Assembly (NCBI GenBank): GCA_039815185.1
Contig: JBCBZT010000011.1
Coordinates: 64,001-128,000 of the forward strand
Direction: 5' to 3'
Length of the DNA stretch: 64,000 nucleotides
From: Cyanobacteria bacterium P01_A01_bin.123
GTDB taxonomy: Bacteria; Cyanobacteriota; Cyanobacteriia; Phormidesmidales; Phormidesmidaceae
Shown: positions 48,553-58,976 of the stretch, piece after piece
How the letters are laid out: each line of letters starts with the position of its first letter
Numbering within the stretch: position 1 is the stretch's first letter
Program-made: the position numbers and the translations under genes
Notes under the pieces: generated by a model
What the model was told of the DNA's origin: nothing
Database searches by the model: none
What the model saw: only the letters and a program-made list of their open reading frames with translations

Positions 48553-50910
48553 TCAAGTCGAATATTGTTTGTAGCTATCAAGCCTATTCATGGGGACGTT
48601 ACTACTCCGTTGGTAGTCTTCAAACGTAAACGCATCAACTTGAATGACATCATTGCGAGCAACATCGGCCTCGCACACCAGCTTTATTTCTGCCCCGCTA
48701 ATAATCCCACTTTCACAGGCTAGAGTCAGCAGTTCCTGAGGTTTTCTGTCCGGTAACCGACCTTCCCGGCTAGCCTGCTTGACTTTCTGGAGCACTGCTT
48801 TTGCCCGATGGATCAACTTGAATGCCTGTTCCAGACGGCCTAAGGATTGGTGCGGATCGGTGGGTATATGAATGCCTACCGTCAGGCGATCGCGAGCTGG
48901 CCCCGGTTCTTGTAGCTCCCGAGCCACCTGACTCCCCAACGCATCAGCGGGTAGCTGACTGATTGGATTGAGGCGGAGCATAGGTAGTCCAACCCACCGC
49001 AGCACAGATCCCAATATTGGTACTTGCAGATTCTCTAAAATGCCTTCGACAGCCGGGGACAGCTGAGCTAGGGCATACTGTAGACTCCAATGGATCGAGG
49101 GCAGATCCTCAGGGCGTTGTCCTTCTGCTTCAAAGCGCCGTAGCGTAGCCGTGGCTAAATACATCCAAGACAGCAGATCCGCAAACCGTCCGGTGAGTTT
49201 CTCCTGACGCTTCAAACTGCCACCATAGGTCAACAGCACCACATCGGTCAGAAATGCAAAGATGGCAGAAGCCCAAGTCAGTTTACGGTAGTAATGGGCT
49301 GTTTCCCCCTTCACGGGTGCGGGAACCAGTGCTCCTCGCGTCAGCGTCAAGAGTCCACTCCGCAATCCATTGCTGATCAGAGCACCCAGGTGAGGCCAAA
49401 GGAGTCGATCAAAGGCTGCCACATCCCCCGTACTCAATGCCTGAATTTCTCCATAGACATAGGGATGGCAGCGAATTGCTCCCTGACCAAAAATCATCAG
49501 ACTGCGGGTGAGAATATTAGCCCCTTCTACCGTGATGGCGATGGGCATGGCCGTGTACACATTGGCCAGCAAGTTGCGGGGGCCCCGGCAGATGCCTGCA
49601 CCACCGAGAATATCCATGCCATCTAAGACAATCCGGCGAGCCAGCTCTGTGGTGGTATATTTAGCGATCGCCGACACCACCGCAGGCTGTTTCCCATCAT
49701 CCACAGCGCCACAGGTATAAAGGCGCACCGCATCCAGCATATAGGTGAGTCCGCCAATCCGCGCCAGCGGCTCTTCCACCCCGCCAAATCGGCCAATGGA
49801 GGTGCCAAATTGTTGACGAATCAGGCTGTAATCGCCTGTGACCCGCGCCACCAGTTTGCCGACCCCCGTACAGCTAGCTGGGAAACTAACGCCGCGCCCT
49901 GCCGCCAAAGCTTGCATCAGCATTTTCCAACCCTGCCCAGCTTGGGCCACACCGCCGATAATATGGTCGATAGGCAAAATTACATCACGACCTTCTGTTG
50001 GAGAATTGTAGAAAGGCACACCCATAGGGTCGTGACGGTGGTCAATCACAACGCCAGGGGTGTCGGTGGGCACCAATGCACAGGTAATGCCCACATCCTT
50101 GCCCTTACCCAATAGGTTTTGGGGATCTCGCAGGCGGAAGGCTAACCCTAGCAACGTCGCGATCGTGCCTAGGGTGATATATCGCTTCTTCCAGTTCAAC
50201 CGCAGATAGAGCTTGCCGTCGTCACCACGAAAGACTTCTCCATGGGAGGTAAGACTAGCTGCATCAGAACCGGCATGGGGTTCCGTCAGCGCAAAACAGG
50301 GAATTTCTTCCCCAATGGCGAGGCGGGGTAGATAGCGGGCCTTTTGTTCTGGTGTGCCGTAGCGCAGCAACAGCTTGGCAGGCCCCAGGGAATTGGTCAC
50401 CCCCACCGTGGCGATATGGGTAAACGAGCGGGAAGCCAGTTTGACCATCACAGCACTATAGGCCAAGTTGGAGAATCCTAAGCCGCCATACTCTTTGGGA
50501 ATCATCATGCCCAAGAATCGCTCATGCTTGAGAAATTTCCACAATTCCGGTGGCAGATCCTTACGTTGGTAAATTTCCCAATCGGTTGCCATTTCGCAAG
50601 CTTTTTCCACCGGCCCTGCCAAAAAGGCTTGGATATCTGGCGGTAGCTGGGGATAGCTAGCGTCCAGGATGCGGCGGAAGTTAGGCCGACCCGTGAAGAA
50701 CTCCTGCTCCACCCAGGCGTTGCCTGCTTCAATGGCTGCTCGTTCGGTTTTGGAGATTTTTGGGAGTAGTTTGAAGGTTGCGATCGCTTTGACGATCCAA
50801 ACCGTGATCAGGCTCCGGCGGAGGATTGGCAAGGTGAGAATTAGGGTGAGGGTGGCAATGACGGCAATTGCGGTGAGGAGGGGGGGGGAGATGGGGAGGA
50901 TGAGAGGCAT
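48553..50910 (-). CDS. fadE: Acyl-CoA dehydrogenase (long FadE type)
   Basis: NSLGPAKLL, CFALTEPHAGSDA, WKKRYIT, ITVEGANILTR; C-terminal IQVDAF. Confidence 0.94.
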   Translation of the reverse strand: MPLILPISPPLLTAIAVIATLTLILTLPILRRSLITVWIVKAIATFKLLPKISKTERAAIEAGNAWVEQEFFTGRPNFRRILDASYPQLPPDIQAFLAGPVEKACEMATDWEIYQRKDLPPELWKFLKHERFLGMMIPKEYGGLGFSNLAYSAVMVKLASRSFTHIATVGVTNSLGPAKLLLRYGTPEQKARYLPRLAIGEEIPCFALTEPHAGSDAASLTSHGEVFRGDDGKLYLRLNWKKRYITLGTIATLLGLAFRLRDPQNLLGKGKDVGITCALVPTDTPGVVIDHRHDPMGVPFYNSPTEGRDVILPIDHIIGGVAQAGQGWKMLMQALAAGRGVSFPASCTGVGKLVARVTGDYSLIRQQFGTSIGRFGGVEEPLARIGGLTYMLDAVRLYTCGAVDDGKQPAVVSAIAKYTTTELARRIVLDGMDILGGAGICRGPRNLLANVYTAMPIAITVEGANILTRSLMIFGQGAIRCHPYVYGEIQALSTGDVAAFDRLLWPHLGALISNGLRSGLLTLTRGALVPAPVKGETAHYYRKLTWASAIFAFLTDVVLLTYGGSLKRQEKLTGRFADLLSWMYLATATLRRFEAEGQRPEDLPSIHWSLQYALAQLSPAVEGILENLQVPILGSVLRWVGLPMLRLNPISQLPADALGSQVARELQEPGPARDRLTVGIHIPTDPHQSLGRLEQAFKLIHRAKAVLQKVKQASREGRLPDRKPQELLTLACESGIISGAEIKLVCEADVARNDVIQVDAFTFEDYQRSSNVPMNRLDSYKQYST

Positions 50911-50970
50911 GGTGGGGTCTCCGGGGTGAATGATTTGGGAAAGATGAGGAGAGTAAAGAAGATAGGGTAG

Positions 50971-51354
50971 ATGAGGGAGATGGGGTTAATCAGAAGCCAT
51001 GAGGGTCTGGCAATCTATCAGTTGGCGTTTGGGGCGGCGATGGAGATTTTTAGGGTGACGAAGGTGTTTCCGGTGGAGGAGCGATACTCATTGACGGATC
51101 AGATGCGGCGATCGTCCCGTTCGGTTTGTGCCAACATGGCGGAGGCTTGGCGAAAGCGACGGTATCAGCGAGCTTTTATTTCAAAACTGAGCGATTGTGA
51201 AGCGGAAGCAGCTGAGACCCAAGTATGGTTAAAGTTTGCTGTCAAATGTCAGTATCTAGATCGAGACCAAGCGAAAGCACTCTACAGTACCTACAATCAA
51301 ATCCTCAGTGGCCTAGTCCAACTCATCAACAACCCTAAAACCTGGCTTCTATAA
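50971..51354 (+). CDS. Four-helix-bundle protein (23S rRNA IVS protein-like)
   Basis: FPVEERYSLTDQMRRSSRSVCANMAEAW, EAAETQVWL. Confidence 0.88.
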   Translation: MREMGLIRSHEGLAIYQLAFGAAMEIFRVTKVFPVEERYSLTDQMRRSSRSVCANMAEAWRKRRYQRAFISKLSDCEAEAAETQVWLKFAVKCQYLDRDQAKALYSTYNQILSGLVQLINNPKTWLL

Positions 51355-51376
51355 AATCGCTTCCCCACCTTCCCCA

Positions 51377-52579
51377 TCACCCCATCACCTCAAACACTCC
51401 CGCCGCCCCCATGCCACCCCCAACACACATTGTCACCAGGCCATACTGCACGCCTCGGCGCTTCATCTCATGAAGCAAGGTGGCGGTGAGTTTTGCACCT
51501 GTGCAGGCCAGAGGATGCCCGGTGGCGATCGCGCCGCCGTTGACGTTAACGATGTCCTGATTCAGGCCGAGTTCGCGGATGACGGCGAGGGACTGGGCAG
51601 CGAAGGCTTCGTTAAGTTCGATTAGGCCGATATCTGCTAGTGTGAGGCCGACTTGTTTGAGCACTTTGGGAATGGCGGTGACGGGGCCGATGCCCATGAT
51701 TTCTGGGGCAACGCCGGTGACAGCGAAGCCCAAGAGTCTGCCTATGGGCTGAATTCCCAGGGCTTTAACGCGCGCCCCGCTCATAACAACACAAGCGGCT
51801 GCCCCGTCGGAGGTTTGAGAGGAATTCCCTGCGGTCACGCTGCCATCGGCCCGGAAGACGGGTTTGAGTTGCGCTAGAGCATCCAGGCTAGTGTCACTGC
51901 GGGGGCCTTCGTCGGTGTCGAAGACAAATTCCTGGGTGACGGGTTTGCCATCGATCTGTTGGCTGTGTTGTACAGTGACAGGGATAATTTCGTCTTTGAA
52001 GCGCCCGGCAGCGATCGCGGCTAAGGCCTTTTGATGGGATCTCAGGGCAAAGGCGTCTTGATCGGCGCGGTCAATGTGAAATTGCTCGGCTACCTTTTCT
52101 GCCGTCAGTCCCATGGGGATGTAGGTCGCTGGCATATCTGCCCACAGTTGGGGGTCGGGTAAGAAATGGTGTCCTCCCATGGGAATCAAACTCATGGATT
52201 CGGTGCCCCCGGCCAGAATCACGTCCGCTTGACCCCAGGCCACGGCTTGGGTGGCCATGGCAATGGTTTGCAATCCAGAGGAGCACAGTCGATTGACGGT
52301 GCAACCGGGGACGGTGTCGGGGAGTCCAGCCCGCAGCGCCACAAGTCGGCCTAGGTTAAAGCCTTGTTCCGCCTCGGGCATGGCACAGCCCATGATCACA
52401 TCTTCGACATCATTGGCCGTTAGACCTTGAACCCGCTGTAGGGCACCGCGTAGGGCAACGGCTCCTAAATCTTCGGGGCGAGTGTTTTTTAGCGTGCCTC
52501 GGGGTGCTTTACCGACAGCCGTACGCACGCTGCTGACAATGTAGGCGTTGCCAGGGGTTGTCCGGATAGTCTCTTTCAT
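51377..52579 (-). CDS. fadA: Acetyl-CoA C-acyltransferase (3-ketoacyl-CoA thiolase)
   Basis: [30 protein letters not shown]. Confidence 0.95.
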   Translation of the reverse strand: MKETIRTTPGNAYIVSSVRTAVGKAPRGTLKNTRPEDLGAVALRGALQRVQGLTANDVEDVIMGCAMPEAEQGFNLGRLVALRAGLPDTVPGCTVNRLCSSGLQTIAMATQAVAWGQADVILAGGTESMSLIPMGGHHFLPDPQLWADMPATYIPMGLTAEKVAEQFHIDRADQDAFALRSHQKALAAIAAGRFKDEIIPVTVQHSQQIDGKPVTQEFVFDTDEGPRSDTSLDALAQLKPVFRADGSVTAGNSSQTSDGAAACVVMSGARVKALGIQPIGRLLGFAVTGVAPEIMGIGPVTAIPKVLKQVGLTLADIGLIELNEAFAAQSLAVIRELGLNQDIVNVNGGAIATGHPLACTGAKLTATLLHEMKRRGVQYGLVTMCVGGGMGAAGVFEVMG

Positions 52580-52582
52580 GAC

Positions 52583-54952
52583 TCAGTTCCTCAGCGGCTT
52601 TTTCGTTTTCAACATGTGCAAAATCCGGGCCTGCGTCTTGGGTTCGTCAATCAAGGGTAAGAAAGCATCGCGTTCTAGACCCAGCAGGTAGTTTTCATCT
52701 ACAGGCGTAAGCGCCGTCAGGTCACCGCCGGTTAACACATAGGCGAGTCGATTGGCTAACACCTGGTCATAGGCGCTGGCATAGTGACCTTCTGCCATCA
52801 CGTAGGCCATGTGCTCTAGGGTGGCTCGGGCGGGTGCCCCTAGCACTGGAATGGGATCGCGCGGCGGTGGCACGTAGCCTTGACGAGCCAGACATAATAC
52901 AGATTGCTTGGCAGCATACAGGCGGCGATCGCGGTTTAGAATCACCCGAGTCGTGGGGGGTAAGAATCCCAGTTCCATTGCTTCGTAGGCACTATTAGCA
53001 ACCTTAGCCATGCCAATGGTGGTGAATACCTGTTTCAGATAGGGCAGGATGTCGCTGGTGGTTTTCGTCAGCGCCTGGTGGGCGGCCCAGCGAGCCATCC
53101 GCATCAAGCCACCGCCAGCTGGAATCAAGCCCACCCCCAACTCAACCAAACCAATGTACGTTTCGGCATCGGCCACAACATGGGGACAGGCCATCGCCAA
53201 TTCACAACCACCACCCAGGGCGCGCCCGTGGACTGCTGCCGCAATCGGTTTGTGGAAGTAGTAAATCCGCTGAACCAGGGCTTGGAATTTGCTCAACAGT
53301 TTGGCAATACTGCTGTGGCCATGGCTCAAGGGGTTCAGGTTTTCCCATTGGGCCATCTTGCCCACTTCAGCCAGATTGATGCCAACACAGAAGTTGGGGC
53401 CTTCATTACCAATCACTAAACCGTGATAGGTGTCATGGGTTTCTAGCCAATCCAGTGCCGCAACTAAACCATTAATCACCTTGACCGTCAGGGTATTGGC
53501 TTTAGAGCGGAGTTCGTAGAGGGCGACGCCATTGCCGAGGTCGATTAGGGCCGCGTCAGCATTTTGCCAGAGGGTTGTCTGGGGATTGGCTTTGAGGGGG
53601 CCTAAATGAATCTCATCCGGGGGCAACGGTTGGGGGATATAGCAGCGATCGCTCGGTTGATAAACGGTATGGGGGTCGCCATAGAAGCTCTGACCCCCTG
53701 ACGCCTGCATCGTTTTCACCCAGTCTGGTGCGGTGAATCCAGCTTTTTCCAGATCCTCTAAGACGGTTTCAAACCCTAGGGCATCCCAAATTTGGAATGG
53801 CCCGAGTTCCCAACCAAATCCCCAGCGCAGGGCCTGATCGATGGCAACAGGACTGTCAGCAATCTCGGGAATGCGATGGACGCTATAGGCCAATGTCGCC
53901 AGCATCAACTGCCGGAAGAACTGACCAGCCCGTCCGCGATCGCTATAGAGTTTGCGTAGCCGTGCTTTCAGGGATAGTAGCTTTTTGATGCTGTCCAGAT
54001 TTCCCAGGTTCAGGGGCTGCGGTGGTTCATAGGCCAGGGTTTTAGGATTCAGGGACAAAATTTCCCCAGCCACTTTTTTGTAGAACCCTTGTCCACTCTT
54101 GGCCCCGAGCGTCCCGGTATTCACCAGGGTGTGCAACAGGTCAGGCACCTGAAACATGTCTCGCTGCTCATCCTCGGGAATAGCGGGATACAGGTTCTCC
54201 GATACATACAGCAGGGTATCCAGGCCAACTAAATCGGCAGTGCGGAAGGTGGCGGATTTCGGTCGTCCGACCAGCGTCCCTGTCAGGGTGTCAATTTCTT
54301 CGACGGTGTAGTTCTGCTCGGTGAATGCCTTAATGCCCAGCATGGAAACAAATACCCCAATCCGGTTGGCGATGAAGTTAGGCGTATCTTTGGCAATCAC
54401 AATCCCCTTGCCCAGCCGCAGACGACCAAATTCTGCTGTGCGGGTCAGCACCTCGGGGTCGGTATCGGCAGTGGGAATTAGCTCTAACAACTGCAAATAG
54501 CGGGGCGGATTGAAGAAATGGGTGCCTAAAAATCGTTTGCGGAAACTGGCAGAACGACCATGGGCGATCGCAGCCACAGATAATCCACTGGTATTAGTGG
54601 AAATCACCGTCTTTTTGTCCACAACGGTTTCTACCCTGGTCATCAACTGTTGTTTGATGGTCAGGTTCTCGACCACCGCTTCGATCACCCAATCCACGGT
54701 AGCTAAGCGATCAAAGTGGTCGTCGTAATTGCCTAGGGTAATGCGCTGGGCCATTTTGGCGCTATAGAAAATTGGTGGGGACTGTTTCAGGGCTTTTTTG
54801 AATGCCGTTTCCACGCCCGCGTTTTTATCGCCTCCGGTGGCAGGCAAATCTAGCAGATGAACAGTGAGGCCAGCGTTTGCCAGGTGAGCGGCAATTTGGC
54901 TACCCATGATTCCGGCCCCGAGGACGGCGGCGGTTTTGAAGGGAGTTTGCAT
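52583..54952 (-). CDS. fadN: 3-hydroxyacyl-CoA dehydrogenase / enoyl-CoA hydratase (FadN-type domain order)
   Basis: GAGIMG, STNTSG, HFFNPPRY, then ALGGGCE and GLVELGVGLIPAGGG; KPLRN terminus. Confidence 0.92.
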   Translation of the reverse strand: MQTPFKTAAVLGAGIMGSQIAAHLANAGLTVHLLDLPATGGDKNAGVETAFKKALKQSPPIFYSAKMAQRITLGNYDDHFDRLATVDWVIEAVVENLTIKQQLMTRVETVVDKKTVISTNTSGLSVAAIAHGRSASFRKRFLGTHFFNPPRYLQLLELIPTADTDPEVLTRTAEFGRLRLGKGIVIAKDTPNFIANRIGVFVSMLGIKAFTEQNYTVEEIDTLTGTLVGRPKSATFRTADLVGLDTLLYVSENLYPAIPEDEQRDMFQVPDLLHTLVNTGTLGAKSGQGFYKKVAGEILSLNPKTLAYEPPQPLNLGNLDSIKKLLSLKARLRKLYSDRGRAGQFFRQLMLATLAYSVHRIPEIADSPVAIDQALRWGFGWELGPFQIWDALGFETVLEDLEKAGFTAPDWVKTMQASGGQSFYGDPHTVYQPSDRCYIPQPLPPDEIHLGPLKANPQTTLWQNADAALIDLGNGVALYELRSKANTLTVKVINGLVAALDWLETHDTYHGLVIGNEGPNFCVGINLAEVGKMAQWENLNPLSHGHSSIAKLLSKFQALVQRIYYFHKPIAAAVHGRALGGGCELAMACPHVVADAETYIGLVELGVGLIPAGGGLMRMARWAAHQALTKTTSDILPYLKQVFTTIGMAKVANSAYEAMELGFLPPTTRVILNRDRRLYAAKQSVLCLARQGYVPPPRDPIPVLGAPARATLEHMAYVMAEGHYASAYDQVLANRLAYVLTGGDLTALTPVDENYLLGLERDAFLPLIDEPKTQARILHMLKTKKPLRN

Positions 54953-55088
54953 GGTGGGTTCCTCATTGTGGGGGTGGGAGGGGGGGAGTAATGGAGGGAG
55001 GGGGTGATGGCGTAACGGGGTAGGGATGGTGGGGAGGTGAGGGGATGGGGAGCGGGGGAATGGAGAGAGAGGTGGCAGAGCAGTAGAC

Positions 55089-55162
55089 GGGGAGATGGGG
55101 AGATGGGGAGATGGGGAGATGGGGAGATGGGGAGGCTTGTCCTGAGCTTGTCGAATGGGCGG
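55089..55162. repeat. (GGGGAGAT)5 tandem repeat plus CTGAGCTTGTCGAA dispersed-repeat fragment in a G-rich spacer
   Basis: Five exact 8-mers at 55089-55128. Confidence 0.8.
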
Positions 55163-55288
55163 AGTTGAAGGATGGGGAAGATTTGGAGACGTGTTGTTTG
55201 GGGGGTGAGGAACGGGGTTTCTGGGGAGGGTGTTGGGTAAAACCGTGAGGAGCGTGTGAGAAACCCGGTTCCTGTGTGCAAGTGCAGG

Positions 55289-57481
55289 CTAATGATGCAA
55301 AAGGGATTTGGCGTGGATGGGGCAGGTGTGGGTTAGGGCGTTGTTGTTGGGGGCTGGGGTGGTTGATCGGTTAGCGGGACGGGAGGTTGGGTGATATAGG
55401 GCTTCGATGTCGGCGGCAAATTGGGTCAAGGCCCAGGTGCGATTGAGTTGGCCGTTGGGAAGACGTCCGCCGTTATCTAGAGTAGGTCGGGCGTTTTGGT
55501 GGGGGTCGAGAATGCGGAATTGGCGGACGGTGGACCAATAGGGGAGGTGACAGTTGGCGCTGTCGATTAGGGTTTGGTAGTGGGCCAGCAGGGTGGGATG
55601 GTTCCACCAGTAGGGCGCATCAGTGTCGAGCCCGGCAGTTTCGGCGATCGCGTTGAGGTGGCTCAGATCGGGGGCAATTAACATGCCGCAGAACTTGTGG
55701 TTAGCACCGACAGCGATCGCGTAGGCCACTAAAGGAGAAGCCATTACGGCTTGTTCTAGGGGGCGAGGAGAGACGTATTTGCCAGTAGCCAGCTTAAATA
55801 GGGCCTTTTTCACCCCGGTGATAGACAGGAAACCATGGGCGTCGATTTCCCCTAAGTCTCCAGTGCGGAGCCATCCATCTGGGTCAAAGAGGGTCTGATT
55901 TGCATCAGGGTTTTGGTAGTAACCCGAAGTGACAAAGGGGGCTTTGATCAGGATTTCGCGATCTTCGGTTAGGGTTATTGCCACCCCTGGGATTGGCAGA
56001 CCGACGGTGCCAGCCCGATTGTTTGCACCTCGGTTGTAGCAGACGACCCCGCTGGTTTCAGTCAGGCCGTAGCCTTGAAGTACGGGTAGTCCTGCGGCGG
56101 TAAACAGATTGACGAGATCAGCCCGTAGGGCTGCGCCGCCTGAGATCAGCGCCTTGAGGCGATCGCCAAAGCTGGCTCGCCATTTGCGGAAGACCAATCG
56201 TTCTGCCAACTGCAACTGCACGGCATAGAGCCCTTGGGGCGGATGTTCAACATCAAAGCGCTGGGCTAGTTTTAGGGCCCAATCAAAGACCGCCCGATCA
56301 AAACCCTTTAACCGTCTTCCGCGCTCTATCAGGCGCTCATGCACCTTCTCTAACAGCCGGGGCACCGTAATCATCAAGGTGGGACGGACGGTGCGGAGAT
56401 GCTTAAACAGGTGGTTGGGGTCGGAGAGATAGATCGTGTGGCCATAGGCCAAGTGACCGTAGAGAAATACCCGCGCAAAGATATGGGTCAGGGGTAAAAA
56501 CAGCAGCGCCACTTCTGCCGACCCGAATTGGAGTTGGGGATAACTGGTAAATGCTGCCAGCACATTTGCAGAAATGTTTTCGTGGGTTAGCATCACCCCC
56601 TTGGGATGTTGCGTTTCGCTAGCAATATAAATGATGGTGGCTAAATCTTCAGGGGCGATCGCTCGACGTAACTGCTCTACGGCACGCACTGTCCAGTGCT
56701 GGCGTCCTTGCGCGCGCACTTCTTCAAGGGACATGAGCTGAATGCAAGGGGGAACTAGTCTGGGCGAACAGGGCTCCTGGGAACAGGCATCCCCTAACAA
56801 CTGGGGAATATGCAGACATCTCTCAGGCGTTGGCAACACAGGTTCTGCAGAGGCCGCCGAGTTTTCTAGCGGCTGTGCCGATGAATCTTTCTGGGCATAC
56901 CGAGTCAGGTTAGCGCGGACTATGGGCCAATCCTCAGGCACCTCGGCTACGATAATTTGCGCCAGGGTAGTGGCTTCCCAGAGATAGGGGGCTAACTGCT
57001 GCAACAGATCCAGGTTAGACACCACCATTCCCTTGGCTTGGGTGTGGTGCAAGATGAACAGGATATTTTCAATGGTTTGGGTCAAGTCAATCGGTACATT
57101 AACCACACCAGCCAACAAACACCCCATATCCACCGAACAAAAATCCTGGCTATTGTGCATGACCAATGGCAGGCGATCGCCCCGCTGTGCCCCTAGCGCC
57201 AACAACCCCAAGGCAATGTCTTCTGCATCTCGTCGCAAGGCTTGATTCGAAAGCGATCGCCACTGGTGGTGATGCCATTGATTCAACGCCTGGGCATTGG
57301 GCGTACGCCCACAGGCCGCATCCAGCAGGGAAGGCAGGGTGCGCCCTAAAAGCAACGGACTCCTATCGACTACCTGATCGCTGATAATAGCTACATCACT
57401 CGTGCCAGCGTCGGTACACTTAGTAGTGATTGCACCCGAATCAAAAGCGTTGTGATGGGATAATCTTGGAGAACCATTCAT
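55289..57481 (-). CDS. fadD: Long-chain fatty-acid--CoA ligase-like AMP-binding protein
   Basis: PKGVMLTHEN, VPRLLEK, QGYGLTETS, GWLRTGDLG, GKYVSP; P-loop is degenerate. Confidence 0.85.
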   Translation of the reverse strand: MNGSPRLSHHNAFDSGAITTKCTDAGTSDVAIISDQVVDRSPLLLGRTLPSLLDAACGRTPNAQALNQWHHHQWRSLSNQALRRDAEDIALGLLALGAQRGDRLPLVMHNSQDFCSVDMGCLLAGVVNVPIDLTQTIENILFILHHTQAKGMVVSNLDLLQQLAPYLWEATTLAQIIVAEVPEDWPIVRANLTRYAQKDSSAQPLENSAASAEPVLPTPERCLHIPQLLGDACSQEPCSPRLVPPCIQLMSLEEVRAQGRQHWTVRAVEQLRRAIAPEDLATIIYIASETQHPKGVMLTHENISANVLAAFTSYPQLQFGSAEVALLFLPLTHIFARVFLYGHLAYGHTIYLSDPNHLFKHLRTVRPTLMITVPRLLEKVHERLIERGRRLKGFDRAVFDWALKLAQRFDVEHPPQGLYAVQLQLAERLVFRKWRASFGDRLKALISGGAALRADLVNLFTAAGLPVLQGYGLTETSGVVCYNRGANNRAGTVGLPIPGVAITLTEDREILIKAPFVTSGYYQNPDANQTLFDPDGWLRTGDLGEIDAHGFLSITGVKKALFKLATGKYVSPRPLEQAVMASPLVAYAIAVGANHKFCGMLIAPDLSHLNAIAETAGLDTDAPYWWNHPTLLAHYQTLIDSANCHLPYWSTVRQFRILDPHQNARPTLDNGGRLPNGQLNRTWALTQFAADIEALYHPTSRPANRSTTPAPNNNALTHTCPIHAKSLLHH

Positions 57482-58027
57482 CTGTTTAAGAAGCGTCGAT
57501 ATCGCTCCCTCAAAGACGTCAAAAAGCAGCTTCTCTGCCGCAACTGTCCCTGAAGAGAAGGATCATGGACACGCCAATCACGACCGGAAGTAAGGTCAAA
57601 AAAGGAGAGGAGTAGACGCGATCGCAATGAATGCACCGCAACCTTTTCTCTAAAGATGAAGCGACAGCTATGAATCCAATCTGCAACTCGATGCCTGTGG
57701 CTTAGTCTAAAGGTTTAAAGAAATAGGTGAATTGAATAATCGGCAAATTCTAAACCTTTAATACCTATCAATCTAAATCACTAGAAAAGTTGGTACTAAG
57801 CTAAACAAACACCAGGAGAGTTCATCATTAATGCTGACAAATCAGAGGATTGAGCCAAGCAATAACTTGCAGACAATCAGATCAGAAGCGCTAATTAAAA
57901 GCGCTGTCTGAATAAGCCTTAGTATTCAGTATAACCTTATAGTCGAGTGACTAACCATTTAGATAGCCCCCTCCACCTAGGAGTTGAAAAGAATCTTATT
58001 TTTTCTTCAAAGATTGATTTTGTGACG

Positions 58028-58918
58028 TCAAGGTATTGCTTGACAGCTCCTGAAGTGAGACCTACGTTGATAAACAGATTTCTCTGGCTGAATGTGCTGT
58101 TCCAACCAGAAAAGAATATCTTGAGAAACGGCCAGCGCACAGGTATCATTGTGCAAATCATGATAAGCCCCCAAGTATTCTCGATACGACTTATCTAAAC
58201 ACGGCAGTTTTTCAAAGGCCGTACGTCCGCTTTCATTTAAGGCAACTGGATCACGACTGCCATGCAAAATTAAAATGGGCGTCGTTAGATCAGGTAAATG
58301 AGATTGAATCCATTGCTTTGTTTTGAGGAATTCTGCTGCTAAGCGGGCCGTTCCTTGGCTATGTCGAAGTGGGTCATTGTCATAGGCAGATATAAGGGTT
58401 GGGTCATGTGAACCGCCATCTTTTGCAAGACCAGTATTGAGGGTAAATTGAGGCCAAATCCAAGATAGAAGCTGGCCGATTGCTAGCTTTAAAGGTGAAA
58501 CTCCAACAGATCCAATGGCAGGTGCAAGCGTAATAATTCCCGAGAGGGCTTCAGGATAGTGCAGTGCATAGTCCAGGATAATCACTGCTCCCAAGCTGTG
58601 GCCCAATGCAAAATAGGGGAGGTTGGGGTTTTGGGTCATCATCAGCTGCCAGAACTGATGCAAATCTCCACGAAAGTCTTCCCAATGACTAATGAAGCCC
58701 CGTTGCCCAGGGGACTGACCATGGCCACGCAAATCTAACGCATACACGCCATACCCCTGCTCAACCAAGGGGGCGACCACTCTCATAAACCAACCGCTGT
58801 GGCTACCCAAACCGTGAACAATGCCGATGATAGCCTTCACATGCTGATCGGGGAACCAGCTTTGATAATACAAATCCAGCCCGTCAATGCCGGATAACCA
58901 ACTTTCAATGTGTTGCAT
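58028..58918 (-). CDS. Monoacylglycerol lipase / lysophospholipase-like alpha/beta hydrolase
   Basis: VHGLGSH, DLRGHGQS, GHSLG, HGSRD, YHDL. Confidence 0.9.
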   Translation of the reverse strand: MQHIESWLSGIDGLDLYYQSWFPDQHVKAIIGIVHGLGSHSGWFMRVVAPLVEQGYGVYALDLRGHGQSPGQRGFISHWEDFRGDLHQFWQLMMTQNPNLPYFALGHSLGAVIILDYALHYPEALSGIITLAPAIGSVGVSPLKLAIGQLLSWIWPQFTLNTGLAKDGGSHDPTLISAYDNDPLRHSQGTARLAAEFLKTKQWIQSHLPDLTTPILILHGSRDPVALNESGRTAFEKLPCLDKSYREYLGAYHDLHNDTCALAVSQDILFWLEQHIQPEKSVYQRRSHFRSCQAIP

Positions 58919-58976
58919 GTGGCGTACCTCTCCAAGGGGTTAACTGCGTCTTTAAAGAGATGCAATGATACGCTTG

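Noticed and set aside
50971..51354. Avd-like accessory gene of a diversity-generating retroelement
   Set aside because: No reverse transcriptase or template/variable repeat pair seen in the window
54850..55281. Pro/Ser-rich ORF between fadD and fadN
   Set aside because: Translation of the G-rich tandem-repeat spacer
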